IMG/VR virus record: IMGVR_UViG_3300016457_001349
From: an uncultured virus (IMG/VR IMGVR_UViG_3300016457_001349)
Taxonomy: Duplodnaviria; Heunggongvirae; Uroviricota; Caudoviricetes
Direction: 5' to 3' (one strand)
Length of the DNA stretch: 64,000 nucleotides
Shown: piece by piece, positions 7,279 to 17,434 of the stretch
How the letters are laid out: each line of letters opens with the position of its first letter
Numbering within the stretch: the first letter of the stretch is position 1
Notes under the pieces: generated by a model
Databases searched by the model: none
What the model saw: the letters and a program-made list of their open reading frames with translations, nothing else
Told to the model about the DNA's origin: nothing
Program-made: the position numbers and the translations under genes

Positions 7279-9987
7279 TTAAGATTTAAAGTGGATCTTG
7301 GTGAGTGCATTCATGAGTGCCCTTTTCAAGTCATCATAATTAGAAAAGAAATCAGAACCATATTCTTTGAAGAATTCACGAAGATTTATTTTAAAACCCT
7401 TAAATTGTTTTCCGTCCAGCATTTTCTTAACCGGAAGACATATTTCTTTTTTTCTTGAACCACTTAAAGATAGTGAATAAAACCGTTGTGAGTGCTTTAA
7501 TTTATACTTCCTATTCAGTTCAGTATAGACTGCTGAGCTTGAAAAAGTAAGAATGTCATTCTCGAAGTGTACCAAAGGAGTTTCGAGTTTCTCGGTTAAA
7601 ATTTCATTAATAAGCAGAATGATATAATCTACATAATCTTCTTTCCCAGAAAAACCCTCCGAGAAAAAGAAGATCACAGTTTGATAAAAAAGTTCATAAA
7701 TAAAGTCCAAAATGTTCTCTTGTAGAGAACTTCTTTCGAAATGCTTAAAGAAATCATACAAGAATCTCAATCCGAAAAGAACCTTTCTAAAATTCAAAAG
7801 ATTTCGGAATCTAATAATCTTCATTAAAGTTTTAAGTTGGGCTCTGAGAAGCGAAATATCTTCAGGTGGAACCTTCTCTTCATTTATCTTTAAAAATTCA
7901 AAAATACCATCTTTTTTGAATTTTTCATATTCACCTCTCACGTCATATTTTAGCCTAAAATTAATAAAACTTCGCGCCAGATGGGAAAGGGGTCTTTTTT
8001 GAATGTCATTGACGATCTCTAGAGAGTCAGGTGTGAAATTATCAGCGGTCAAAACAACTCTTATGATTCGGTCCATATCAGCCCTTTCTTCTAGATCGGA
8101 CTGCGAAATTAAAGCTAATGGTGCTTGAAGCTTCCAGAGAGTTATGGTTTGATTAGGGTTTCCTCTTGAAACTTCAAGCTCGTTGAAAATGCTTTTTAGA
8201 TGAAGAGTAATATTTTCTTGGTGAGTAAATTCATCTAAAATCAAAGGAAAATCTTTAGATTTAGAAATTAAAGTTCGTAAAGAGAATGATGAGACATCAG
8301 AGTTTAACTTACTTTCAACACTAAACAAAGGGGCCAGGAGTTCTAGCAAAGTAGTTTTTCCACTCTCGGCGGCTCCACAGACAAAAAGAATTGGGAAGGT
8401 CTTCTCCGGGAGCTCATTTTTTAGTGTTGAAGCTGAGAGCCATCCCAAAATTGTACCAAGAGGTTTCAAGTCCTTATATAAAAGACTCAGATTAATAAAA
8501 CTTTCCATTCCGGTAACCCAATCATTCTCCTCTAAAATTTTCTTCGAAACAAACGGAAAAGAGATTTCGGATCTGAAAGTTTCTAAAATCTTTTCTTCAT
8601 CTATTACATATCCATTGATAAAACATCTCTTCCTTCCATCAATTTCAAAAAAACCAAATTGATCTGCATATTTAATTGTGGAAGGTGCTTCACGTTCTAA
8701 AAATTGAAAGAAAGCTGAGACCTCTTCTTGATTCGTAAAATAAGAATAAATTCCAGTCTCGGCGAACTTAGAAACGAGTCTCCGATTGTCGCAATCAGTT
8801 TTAGCATTTAAGACCAGTTCACCTTCTTTGGTTTTTAATACGAAGATGGCTCCCCCATTTATATCTACTAGTTTTTTCTTTACTTCGAAAAAATCTTGTG
8901 TTAAAACTTTAACTTTCTTTTTCTTTTTAAAGAGAATAAGATCACCTTCTCTATAAACGTAAGGCGGAGATGGTATCTCATCTTTTGCCTCTTCTAGTTC
9001 TTCATCAAAATTATTCTGGATTTCTTTGCGATTTCTTTTCTTCCAAAATACAGGACAGTTCTCTTTACCCGGGCAAAATTTGGCCCAATTTGGATCTTCG
9101 CAACCTAGCGATGAATATTGTTTTGTTTCAACTGAATTATAAATTGAGTTTACCTCCTCCTCGTCGAGAGGCTCTTTGAAATTCTCATTTATGGCCTTCA
9201 AAAATGAAAGGACATCTATTCCAGAATATTTAAAGAGATGTTTACAAGCATGAAATAGTAAAACATTTCTTTCGCCGGGTTCAATTTCACTCTTTAAGAA
9301 AATCTTCATGCAAGGAAGAAAATTTTCTTCGTTTTCATATTTGATTTTTTCAGTTTTGGTTCTTTTGATGATCTTTTGAGGTTGAACCTGAATTTCTTCA
9401 ATTTTTTTAGTGTCTATGGCAAGAAGTTCGATTTCACTTTTAAAGTTTTTTATATCTATTTCAACTCCAAAACAATTAAAAGAAACAGTTTTTTCATTAT
9501 CGTTACCTAGACTTATTGCCTTTCCTAGAATGTTTTCGCGAAGAAAATCGTGGTAGGGTATTATTTCTACCTTATTAGTTATAAGAGAGCCTAAATTTTG
9601 TTTAATATATTCTCTAAATTGAATTGCTTTTACAGGTTTTTTGAAGAAGAAATAAATATGATAACCCTTTGATTTGGATCTCTCAAATATAAAAGTGATT
9701 CCTTTTACCCGAAGTTTTTCTACTATTGGTTCAAAGAGTGCTTCATCATCTATATCTAGAGCTCCCCATCGAATGGTTCCATCTCTTCGCAGGGGAAAGA
9801 GTCCTAATTTCTCTTTTCCCAAAAGATGCCTTAAGGCTTCATCGTAGGAAACTTTTTTCCTAATAGTTAAATATTTTTTGCCTTTTAGTATATTAAAGGC
9901 TTCATCAAGACTTGGAAAACTTTCTAGGAACTCTTTTGCGATTTGAAACTGTTCTTTTGGGGGTAGATTCTTCAGGTATGGATTCAT
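7279..9987 (-). CDS. Primase-helicase (AEP primase + PriCT + P-loop helicase-like domain)
   Basis: AEP motifs WGALDIDD and SKSKGYHIYFFF; PriCT-like GERNVLLF with a Cys cluster (C...CPGKENCP); Walker A GAAESGKTT; Walker B LILDE. Confidence 0.85.
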   Translation of the reverse strand: MNPYLKNLPPKEQFQIAKEFLESFPSLDEAFNILKGKKYLTIRKKVSYDEALRHLLGKEKLGLFPLRRDGTIRWGALDIDDEALFEPIVEKLRVKGITFIFERSKSKGYHIYFFFKKPVKAIQFREYIKQNLGSLITNKVEIIPYHDFLRENILGKAISLGNDNEKTVSFNCFGVEIDIKNFKSEIELLAIDTKKIEEIQVQPQKIIKRTKTEKIKYENEENFLPCMKIFLKSEIEPGERNVLLFHACKHLFKYSGIDVLSFLKAINENFKEPLDEEEVNSIYNSVETKQYSSLGCEDPNWAKFCPGKENCPVFWKKRNRKEIQNNFDEELEEAKDEIPSPPYVYREGDLILFKKKKKVKVLTQDFFEVKKKLVDINGGAIFVLKTKEGELVLNAKTDCDNRRLVSKFAETGIYSYFTNQEEVSAFFQFLEREAPSTIKYADQFGFFEIDGRKRCFINGYVIDEEKILETFRSEISFPFVSKKILEENDWVTGMESFINLSLLYKDLKPLGTILGWLSASTLKNELPEKTFPILFVCGAAESGKTTLLELLAPLFSVESKLNSDVSSFSLRTLISKSKDFPLILDEFTHQENITLHLKSIFNELEVSRGNPNQTITLWKLQAPLALISQSDLEERADMDRIIRVVLTADNFTPDSLEIVNDIQKRPLSHLARSFINFRLKYDVRGEYEKFKKDGIFEFLKINEEKVPPEDISLLRAQLKTLMKIIRFRNLLNFRKVLFGLRFLYDFFKHFERSSLQENILDFIYELFYQTVIFFFSEGFSGKEDYVDYIILLINEILTEKLETPLVHFENDILTFSSSAVYTELNRKYKLKHSQRFYSLSLSGSRKKEICLPVKKMLDGKQFKGFKINLREFFKEYGSDFFSNYDDLKRALMNALTKIHFKS

Positions 9988-10447
9988 TTTCCTCTCCTAA
10001 AATTGCTTCTAGCTTAGAAATTTCTTTCTCTAACTTTTCATCTGATAAGTCTCTTATTCTAGTTTCAGATATAGAAGTAGATTCGTTTTGAAGTAAGCGA
10101 ATTTTTCCAATTAGAATATCAATCACCTTTACAAGATCCTTTGCGTTTAGCTCGTCTAGCTTATCCTTAGTAATACTCTTGAAGCTTTGGCCGATTATAC
10201 CCCAAGATCTCTCAATAAAACCAAGAGTTCTAATTCGGTTCAGAATCTCATATTCATCCTTCCCTCTTAGAAGTTCTCTTTTAATTTCTTTTAATTCTTC
10301 AAGTGAATAATGATATTTCTCAGTAAATTTCTTAACATCAGCTTCGGCCAAGTGAATATCGTCTTTGGACTCGAGGAGCTCTTTTTTGATTTCCTCCTCG
10401 AGGCTGGGAAAAATCTTAGAAAGATCTGTTTTAAGTTTTGTTTTCAT
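9905..10447 (-). CDS. Helical protein, possibly terminase small subunit-like
   Basis: C-terminal ILIGKIRLLQNESTSI...DLSDEKL resembles TerS oligomerisation regions. Weak call, and the gene is far from terL. Confidence 0.3.
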   Translation of the reverse strand: MKTKLKTDLSKIFPSLEEEIKKELLESKDDIHLAEADVKKFTEKYHYSLEELKEIKRELLRGKDEYEILNRIRTLGFIERSWGIIGQSFKSITKDKLDELNAKDLVKVIDILIGKIRLLQNESTSISETRIRDLSDEKLEKEISKLEAILGEENESIPEESTPKRTVSNRKRVPRKFSKS

Positions 10448-10495
10448 TTTCTTTTCCTCGTTTTAGTTCTTTTACTTATTAAACGAAACAAGCTC

Positions 10496-10529
10496 AAAAA
10501 AGTTCCTTAAAAAAATAGGGAACTTTTTT
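10496..10529. promoter_or_regulatory. Inverted repeat in the divergent promoter region (operator-like)
   Basis: AAAAAAGTTCC...GGAACTTTTTT between the divergent 9905..10447 (-) and 10590..11153 (+) genes; TTTAAAC-TTC-GTTTAAA follows at 10532-10548. Confidence 0.45.
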
Positions 10530-10589
10530 CATTTAAACTTCGTTTAAACAGTAAAAGCGAAAAAAAGAAGAAACTGAAAGGACTTAAAA

Positions 10590-11153
10590 ATGAAAATTTT
10601 AGCCTCTATTTTTCTTGTGAGTCTTGGATGGATTTGTGTGATTTTCTTTATATTAAGAACCATTTTTATGACCCCGCCTGAGATTGTTCCGGAGAAAATC
10701 GAGATTAAAAACGAATTAGTTCAAACTACTGAAAACTATTTCATAAAATACAGGCCTTTTATTTCAAATAAAGTGTCGGACTCCTTGCTAGCCTTAATTA
10801 TCTTCAAAAGTGTAGAAGCTCAAGTCGATCCAGCCTTGATTCTTTCGATTGTGAAAGCTGAGAGTAATTTTAACCCCCTTGCCATCTCAAAGAAGGGGGC
10901 CATAGGATTGATGCAAGTTCATCCGATCTGGTGTAAGGTATTCAATATAAAAAGAGAAGAACTTTTCGATCCTGAAACTAACCTGGAAATAGGTTGTAAA
11001 ATCTTAAAGATAAATCTTAGTTCAGTCAATACATTAGAGAACGCTTTGGCGCTCTATAATTGGGGAAAAATAAGAAAAGATGGACGATTACCCAAAGAAA
11101 CGAAGAATTATATCAAAAGAGTTAAATTCTTATATAAAAGTTTGGAGGCATGA
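10590..11153 (+). CDS. Lytic transglycosylase (SLT domain) with N-terminal membrane anchor
   Basis: AESNFNPLAISKKGAIGLMQV, NLEIG, ALALYNWG, ETKNYIKRV; hydrophobic N-terminus. Confidence 0.92.
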   Translation: MKILASIFLVSLGWICVIFFILRTIFMTPPEIVPEKIEIKNELVQTTENYFIKYRPFISNKVSDSLLALIIFKSVEAQVDPALILSIVKAESNFNPLAISKKGAIGLMQVHPIWCKVFNIKREELFDPETNLEIGCKILKINLSSVNTLENALALYNWGKIRKDGRLPKETKNYIKRVKFLYKSLEA

Positions 11154-12286
11154 TGAACAAGAAAAAATTTTGGACTAAGAAAGAAATAGAATTCTTAATA
11201 AATTCTTTAGAAAAGAACATAGAAATCTCAGAGATTGCTTCTAGTCTGGGAAGATCTATTGATTCGGTATCGGGGAAAGTCAGGCGCCTAAAAATTGAAG
11301 GCATTGTACCTGACAACTTTCGAAATGTTTCTGAAGAAAATTATGAAAAGCAAATTCAGGATCCTTTGCTTGAAAAATTTTTAGAACGTTCTAAAACGAA
11401 AAAGTCATTTACATTTGAAGAGATTTCAGATATTATAGAACAACCATATTCAAAAACTAAAAAATTTTTACTGAAATATAAGGATCTATTGAATTTAAAG
11501 CAAATAGAAGATGGGACCATTATATTAATGGAATTGAGTCAAAAGACAAAAAGATTGGTTAGAATTCAAGAGCCCAAACATTTCTTTAAGATAGGTGTAA
11601 TAGCTGATACCCATGTTGGTTCAACTTATTTCATGGAAAGAGAGTTAAGAGATTTTCTTTCTTACTGTGAAAAAGAAAAAATAAAAAGGATTTTCATAGC
11701 TGGTGATCTTCTTTCTGGTTCTGGGGTTTATAGAGGACAAATTCAAGAACAAGACTTAATTACTTTTGATAAGCAAAAGAAAAAACTTTATGAGGTATTT
11801 CCGCAAGACATCTTTGAATATTATTTTATCTGCGGAAACCACGATGAATCATTTCATAGGCTTATAGGAATGGACCCCGGTAAAATTATTGAGATGGAAA
11901 GAAAAGACTTTAAGTACTTGGGATTATATCAAGGCGGGGTTAGAATCCATGATATTAGAATCGAATTACATCATGGCTCCGGCGGCGGGGCTTATGCAAT
12001 GTCTTATAAGGGACAAAAGATTATTGAGAATATTGAGCCTGGCGAAAAGCCTGATATATTGATTCTGGGGCATTATCATAGTTCTCTTTATTTTGAAACT
12101 AGAAATGTCCATTTGATTCAACCCGGATGCTTTCAGAGTCAATCACTGCTCCTAAAAAGACTTAGGCTAAGCCCAACCATTGCTGGTTGGATTCTTGAGG
12201 TGGGTGTTGATCCATCCGGATCTCTTAGGTCGTTACAGTTTTATATTAAAAAATACTATACTGGCGGATTCAGGGAGGGAAAATGA
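11150..12286 (+). CDS. Calcineurin-like metallophosphoesterase with N-terminal HTH/Myb-like region
   Basis: DTH, AGD, GNHD, HHG and GHYH motifs; N-terminal WTKKEIEFL...IASSLGRS. Confidence 0.88.
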   Translation: MMNKKKFWTKKEIEFLINSLEKNIEISEIASSLGRSIDSVSGKVRRLKIEGIVPDNFRNVSEENYEKQIQDPLLEKFLERSKTKKSFTFEEISDIIEQPYSKTKKFLLKYKDLLNLKQIEDGTIILMELSQKTKRLVRIQEPKHFFKIGVIADTHVGSTYFMERELRDFLSYCEKEKIKRIFIAGDLLSGSGVYRGQIQEQDLITFDKQKKKLYEVFPQDIFEYYFICGNHDESFHRLIGMDPGKIIEMERKDFKYLGLYQGGVRIHDIRIELHHGSGGGAYAMSYKGQKIIENIEPGEKPDILILGHYHSSLYFETRNVHLIQPGCFQSQSLLLKRLRLSPTIAGWILEVGVDPSGSLRSLQFYIKKYYTGGFREGK

Positions 12287-12480
12287 GCGCTATAAAAGTA
12301 GGTGCTGAGATTAATTTAAAATGTCCTTATTTATTTAAGAAAATTGACAAAAGCGGAGAGAGGCTCTATTGGTGCAATCTTCTAGATGGACCTGCTTTGA
12401 TCCTGAGATGCCCTAGAGATCATCAAGAGTGCCTTCGCTACAAAGAAAGGATTGAAGAAAATGAAAAAGAAAGAAGGTAG
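12283..12480 (+). CDS. Small Cys-rich protein
   Basis: Four Cys residues; ATGA overlap with the upstream gene. Confidence 0.55.
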   Translation: MSAIKVGAEINLKCPYLFKKIDKSGERLYWCNLLDGPALILRCPRDHQECLRYKERIEENEKERR

Positions 12481-13321
12481 AGAAGGTTTTAAGTGGAGTT
12501 TTTCGAGAATTTCATTATACTTGAACTGCAAAAAGGCATATTGGCTTCGATATGTAAAGGGTTATAAGCTTCTTTTGCCCTCAATTCGTTTGGAATGGGG
12601 AAATCTGGTCCACGAAGCACTTTCTTTATATTATTCTCAAAAAATAGAAAATCCAGCTTCTTATATTATTGAAGAAGGCAATAAAAGAACTGATTTCTTC
12701 GAAAAAAAAGATCGAAAAAAATGGACCAAACTATTGGAAAAAAGCGATGCCTTAATAAAGGAGTATTTCGAAGTAACCCCGATCCAATTTTTCTCGGTTG
12801 GGAAAATTGAAGATACGGTGGTTGCTCCCTTAATTAACTTAGTGAACGGTGAGTACTCACAAGAGGATTTAATTTGGGGTAAAATAGACATCGCTGAATT
12901 CCCTTTCAACAAACCAGTAATAGTAACTGATTTTAAAACAAAACAAAGGGAAGAAGCTGAAGATTTAGTAAAGAAAGATCCCCAACTTCTTTTTTATGCT
13001 TATTTAATGTTCAATTTGGGGCATAAGCCCCCTATCATTCGGCATATAAATTTTATCACAACTTCACAACCTAAAATCCAAATTATAGAAAGCCAAACCA
13101 CTGAAAGACAGATCTTCGACTTTTCAGTATCCCTATGGCGAATCATAGAAGAAATTAAGAATGAAAAAAATTTTATAGGATTTCCTTCGTTTAAATGTAC
13201 CTTTTGTAATTTTTTTGATCTATGTATCAAGGAAGAGTATGATAGATACATAGGTCCTGGTTTACCAGAAAGGACCCTAAAGAAAAAAGAGGAAGAAGGA
13301 GAAGAGAATGGAACTTCTTGA
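12452..13321 (+). CDS. PD-(D/E)XK exonuclease, RecB/Cas4-like
   Basis: SFSRISLYLNC, WGNLVHEAL, GKID...DFKT, QLLFYA, C-terminal CTFCNFFDLC. Confidence 0.88.
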   Translation: MKKMKKKEGREGFKWSFSRISLYLNCKKAYWLRYVKGYKLLLPSIRLEWGNLVHEALSLYYSQKIENPASYIIEEGNKRTDFFEKKDRKKWTKLLEKSDALIKEYFEVTPIQFFSVGKIEDTVVAPLINLVNGEYSQEDLIWGKIDIAEFPFNKPVIVTDFKTKQREEAEDLVKKDPQLLFYAYLMFNLGHKPPIIRHINFITTSQPKIQIIESQTTERQIFDFSVSLWRIIEEIKNEKNFIGFPSFKCTFCNFFDLCIKEEYDRYIGPGLPERTLKKKEEEGEENGTS

Positions 13322-13658
13322 TTTTTTAGAACCCCAGGAAAAAAATGAGCTATATGAAATTATTAGAAGGGCAGAGGTTTGTCAAATTGATCTGAAAAAA
13401 ATTTTGAGAAAAGAATTTTTCTATATTGACATAGGCTCTTTAACTAAAACCCTAAATTTCATCATCTTAGAAAAGCTAATCGAGGAAGCGAAAAGAATAA
13501 GTGATGATAAGACTCTCAGAAAAATAGAAGAGGCCGAACCAATCTTAAGGCATAGACTTTCTCAGAATTTTGAATTGGATTGTTTGGAACAAATTTCTTA
13601 TGAAAATTTTGAGGATACAGTGAGAGAATTTTTAGAGAAGATAAAAGAACTAAGATAA
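13308..13658 (+). CDS. Hypothetical protein
   Basis: Co-directional, overlaps the upstream gene, GGAG SD. Confidence 0.6.
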   Translation: MELLDFLEPQEKNELYEIIRRAEVCQIDLKKILRKEFFYIDIGSLTKTLNFIILEKLIEEAKRISDDKTLRKIEEAEPILRHRLSQNFELDCLEQISYENFEDTVREFLEKIKELR

Positions 13659-13677
13659 AAAAAGGAGACCAAAAAAA

Positions 13678-14586
13678 ATGGATGAACTAAAATTCAAAAA
13701 AGAAGAATTAAAAAATGTTTTCCTTCACTGTGATGCAGAGGGGGTTAAGTTAAATGAGAGTGATTTTTTCACTGACAGGGATGATAAAATAATTCCCCGG
13801 GCCACATTCTTTCAAAAACTTAGAGTGGCCTATAAAATCTCAGTGGAGAAGTCCGAAATTAATGAACGAGAACTTTTAGGGGAGAAATTTATCGAATGCA
13901 AGGTCTCTGGGTTCCGCGATAGAGATGGGATCCGGGTCTATGATACTTCAACTAAAATGATTAGTCTTTCAGCTAAGAAGGCCGAAATAGAGCGTACAGC
14001 TCTTGCCAAAATAAAGCAGGGAAGTCTAAAAAAAGAATGGAAAGATTACTATATTAAAAAAGAGTATCAGAGATTCCTTTCAAACCTAGGTGGAGTAATA
14101 GAAACCGGTGCCAAATCAAGACTTACGGCAAACTTAGTTGGGATCCAATCCCTGAGTGCGGACGAGATGAAATTTTTAGAAGCTGAATATGAAGAGGTTA
14201 AACGGAATATGGAAGAATCGGAAACTGAAAGTTCGCAATCTGCACCAAGAGTCTTTGAGATGCCTCAAAAGGAATCCGATATTCCCCAAGAACCAGAACC
14301 AAATTTAAATTTAAAAAACAAAGCTAAAACTAAAAAAGTAACACCAGAGCCCGAACCTGAGCCCAAACCCAAAACTAATGTTGAATCATCTGGAATTGAG
14401 TTTCCCGATGAAAATGACTCTGATGATGTAAAAAGAGAAAAATTGAAAAAGATTCTTGAACTTCCATGCTTTACTGAGGTTGAAAGGAATAGAATGACTG
14501 AAACACTCGATCGTTCAAGTGGAAAATGGATCTCAGCATCTGAAAAATGGATCAGAAATAGACTCGAAGAAAACGGCATAAAATGA
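13678..14586 (+). CDS. Putative single-strand annealing recombinase-like protein
   Basis: IETGAKSRL resembles the ET.A..RA motif of Rad52/Sak-like proteins; Pro/Glu-rich linker; near the exonuclease gene. Confidence 0.4.
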   Translation: MDELKFKKEELKNVFLHCDAEGVKLNESDFFTDRDDKIIPRATFFQKLRVAYKISVEKSEINERELLGEKFIECKVSGFRDRDGIRVYDTSTKMISLSAKKAEIERTALAKIKQGSLKKEWKDYYIKKEYQRFLSNLGGVIETGAKSRLTANLVGIQSLSADEMKFLEAEYEEVKRNMEESETESSQSAPRVFEMPQKESDIPQEPEPNLNLKNKAKTKKVTPEPEPEPKPKTNVESSGIEFPDENDSDDVKREKLKKILELPCFTEVERNRMTETLDRSSGKWISASEKWIRNRLEENGIK

Positions 14587-16190
14587 AAGTTTATTTAAGA
14601 AAAAAGGGTTCTAGATTGTTCTTTTCAGTAAGAGGTCTTCCCCGGGAGATATATCGGATAGGTGATATTTTCTTTCAAGATGGAGAAGCCCTTGTATCGG
14701 CTAACCTCTTTAACTTTTATGAATTAAAAGAGAGGGGAGCTATTTTTGCGCCCGAGGTTAAAACTTGGTTCTTTACTGAAGAGTTGTTAATGCAACAAGC
14801 CTTAGAAATCAAAAAAAATGGTTCCGGGGAAGGCGAAGAATTTCTTTATGCTCATCAAAAAATGGCAATAGAACTTCTGAGTACCTTAAAAAAGGGTGCT
14901 TTGTTTCTGGAAATGGGCCTTGGAAAAACTCTTATTTTTCTAAAATTAATTGAAAAATTTCACGAAGATGGCGATCATCATCTTATTATAGCTCCCCTCT
15001 CTGTATTAGAATCAATAAAAGAGGAAACTGAGAAATGGATTAATTTAAAAGCTAAGATAATTAAGAAAAGCGAAGATTTATATTCGCCAGAAGAGATTTT
15101 TATAATTAATTATGCTAAAATTAGAATCATGTTTGAATCTCTTAAAAAATTTACCTTTAAAGTGATAGTTGCCGATGAAAGTCATTACATAAAAAATCCT
15201 AAGGCTAAACGAACAAAGCTTTTGTTAAAGATTTCTGAGAGGGGACAGTATAAGTTTATTTCAACCGGAACACCGATCTCGAAAAATATTTTAGATATAT
15301 ACCCTCAATTTCGATTTGTAGATCCAAACATTTTGGGCTTTAAAAACTATTATGCCTTCAGAGCTAGATATGCGATAATGGGGGGATTTATGTCAAAACA
15401 AGTAGTAGGCATAAAGAAACAAGAAGAAATTCTTAAAAGAATTGAGCCATTTTCAATTAGAATGCGAAAAGAGGATTGTTTAGATCTTCCGCCACAGATC
15501 TATGAAACTTTCTATGTTGATCTTTCCAAAGACCAGCTTGAAGTTTATAAGAAATTAAAAAAGAATTTTCTAGTTGAAATAGGAACCCAAAAAATAATCT
15601 CCTCTAACATTCTTACAAGGTTTCTTCACTTTCAACAAATAACAGCAGGATTTCTTAGCGGTTCTCATCAAGCCGAAAGCCAGGTTTTTAAGTTTAATAA
15701 GAATCCAAAGCTAGATCTTCTTGAAGAGATTCTAGCCGAAGAAAAAGAAAGAAAGTTTATCATCTATACTAGATTCCTTTATGAAAATAAAATGATCAAA
15801 GACAGGTTAGAAGCTAAGGGTTATAAAATAGAATGCTTAACAGGAAAGGTAAAATCAAAAAGAAGGGCTGAAATTAGAAAAATCTTCCAAGAGGGGGAAC
15901 TGGATGGCTTGGTCGTCCAAATTCAGGTGGGGGGCTTAGGAATTTCATTTACCAGAGCAGATATAGTAATCTATTATTCTAATTCATTTTCATATATAGA
16001 ACGCACCCAGAGCGAATCTAGAGTCCATAGAGCCGGACGAAAGAATACTGTTTTGTATCTTGATTTAATAGCCAGAAATACAATTGATGTTTCAGTTCTA
16101 AAAATCCTAAAAAAGAAAAGAGAAATCTCAGATTATGTCTTAAATAAGGTTAGAATTTCCAGGTTCTTGGACGGCGAGGTTCTGTTATGA
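14583..16190 (+). CDS. SNF2-family helicase
   Basis: EMGLGKT, ADESHYIKN, TGTP, GGLGISF, QSESRVHRAG. Confidence 0.92.
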   Translation: MKVYLRKKGSRLFFSVRGLPREIYRIGDIFFQDGEALVSANLFNFYELKERGAIFAPEVKTWFFTEELLMQQALEIKKNGSGEGEEFLYAHQKMAIELLSTLKKGALFLEMGLGKTLIFLKLIEKFHEDGDHHLIIAPLSVLESIKEETEKWINLKAKIIKKSEDLYSPEEIFIINYAKIRIMFESLKKFTFKVIVADESHYIKNPKAKRTKLLLKISERGQYKFISTGTPISKNILDIYPQFRFVDPNILGFKNYYAFRARYAIMGGFMSKQVVGIKKQEEILKRIEPFSIRMRKEDCLDLPPQIYETFYVDLSKDQLEVYKKLKKNFLVEIGTQKIISSNILTRFLHFQQITAGFLSGSHQAESQVFKFNKNPKLDLLEEILAEEKERKFIIYTRFLYENKMIKDRLEAKGYKIECLTGKVKSKRRAEIRKIFQEGELDGLVVQIQVGGLGISFTRADIVIYYSNSFSYIERTQSESRVHRAGRKNTVLYLDLIARNTIDVSVLKILKKKREISDYVLNKVRISRFLDGEVLL

Positions 16191-16720
16191 AAAGGAAAAT
16201 ATTTCTAAAATTAAATTCAAACAATATGATAGTGAAAGAAATTTTTCAAAGCGTGAAGGATAAGATTCTTCAAGATTTGCAATTAAGGCAGAAGATTTCA
16301 GTCCCCAAGAGGGAGAGTCTTATCATGGATCTAAAAATAGAATTTGAAGATTCTGAGGGAATAGATCTTTTTCTTAGGGGCGACTATAAAATAGGAGTAC
16401 TTGTACTAGGCAGGTTTCGAAATAATTTTACTCAGAATAAGAAAAGGTTTCTTTTCAATGAAAAATTCGGAAATATTCCCAGCCTCTCGATAGGGATTTC
16501 AGAGTCTTGGGAAAAAAGTAATAGGGAAAGGGAAATTTTAGAAATTTCAATTTTTAAGGGTATAGTCGATTACTTTATAAAATATCATTCTTTTGAATAC
16601 AAATTCAGGGAACATATAGAACCAAAAGAAATTCAAAAATTTATTGAAAGATTGTCTTCAATTCCTTATTTGTTTCCATTGGATTATAAAAAAATTTTTT
16701 GGGGAGACTATATAAAATGA
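16187..16720 (+). CDS. Hypothetical protein
   Basis: ATGA overlap with the helicase; tight packing. Confidence 0.6.
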   Translation: MKRKIFLKLNSNNMIVKEIFQSVKDKILQDLQLRQKISVPKRESLIMDLKIEFEDSEGIDLFLRGDYKIGVLVLGRFRNNFTQNKKRFLFNEKFGNIPSLSIGISESWEKSNREREILEISIFKGIVDYFIKYHSFEYKFREHIEPKEIQKFIERLSSIPYLFPLDYKKIFWGDYIK

Positions 16721-17397
16721 TCTGGGCACGTCAAAGAGCAAGAATAGAAGTTTTTAATGAGGATTGTTTACCAGCTATGAAAAAAATGAGGGATGGCGAG
16801 TTCGATCTCGCCATAATAGATCCACCTTATGGGATAGAAATTACTAAAAACGCCCTAGGAAAGGGGGGCGGTGTTTATCGGGCCTCCAGAAAATATAAAA
16901 TGGGAGAATGGGATTCTCAGGCTCCGACGAAAGAATATTTTCAGGAACTTTTTAGAGTTTCAAAGAATCAAATCATCTGGGGTGCTAATCATTTCATAAG
17001 TAAGATCCCAATAGATAGTCCTTGTTGGATATTTTGGGATAAAGAAAACGGCCCCTGCTCTTATGCCGAAGGCGAGCTAGCATGGACCTCATTCAATAGG
17101 CCAACAAAACGATTTAGATATAGATGGCGTGGATTCATCAAAGGAAAGGGCGAGGGATTAAAAGAGAAAAAAATTCATCCGACCCAAAAACCGATAGCAT
17201 TATATAAATTTTTACTCAAGAATTTCGCGAAAAAAGGCGAAAAGATCCTAGACACTCACATGGGGAGCGGTAATATTGCAATTGCCTGTTGGGATTTAGG
17301 TTTCGATCTTGTAGCTTTTGAAATTGATAAAGAATACTTTGAGGCTGCGTATAAAAGATTTAAAGAGCATACTTCACAATTAAAATTTGCCTTTTAA
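16699..17397 (+). CDS. DNA amino-methyltransferase (N6-adenine/N4-cytosine, beta class)
   Basis: IIDPPYG, HPTQKP, LDTHMGSG, FEIDKEYF. Likely start MIWARQ. Confidence 0.92.
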   Translation: MGRLYKMIWARQRARIEVFNEDCLPAMKKMRDGEFDLAIIDPPYGIEITKNALGKGGGVYRASRKYKMGEWDSQAPTKEYFQELFRVSKNQIIWGANHFISKIPIDSPCWIFWDKENGPCSYAEGELAWTSFNRPTKRFRYRWRGFIKGKGEGLKEKKIHPTQKPIALYKFLLKNFAKKGEKILDTHMGSGNIAIACWDLGFDLVAFEIDKEYFEAAYKRFKEHTSQLKFAF

Positions 17398-17434
17398 ACA
17401 AGGATAAATTTACTTAAAAATATCATAATAAAAA

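Noticed and set aside
12452..13321. Cas4 as evidence of a CRISPR-Cas locus
   Set aside because: No other cas genes or array were seen; stand-alone Cas4/RecB-like nucleases are common in phage recombination modules.
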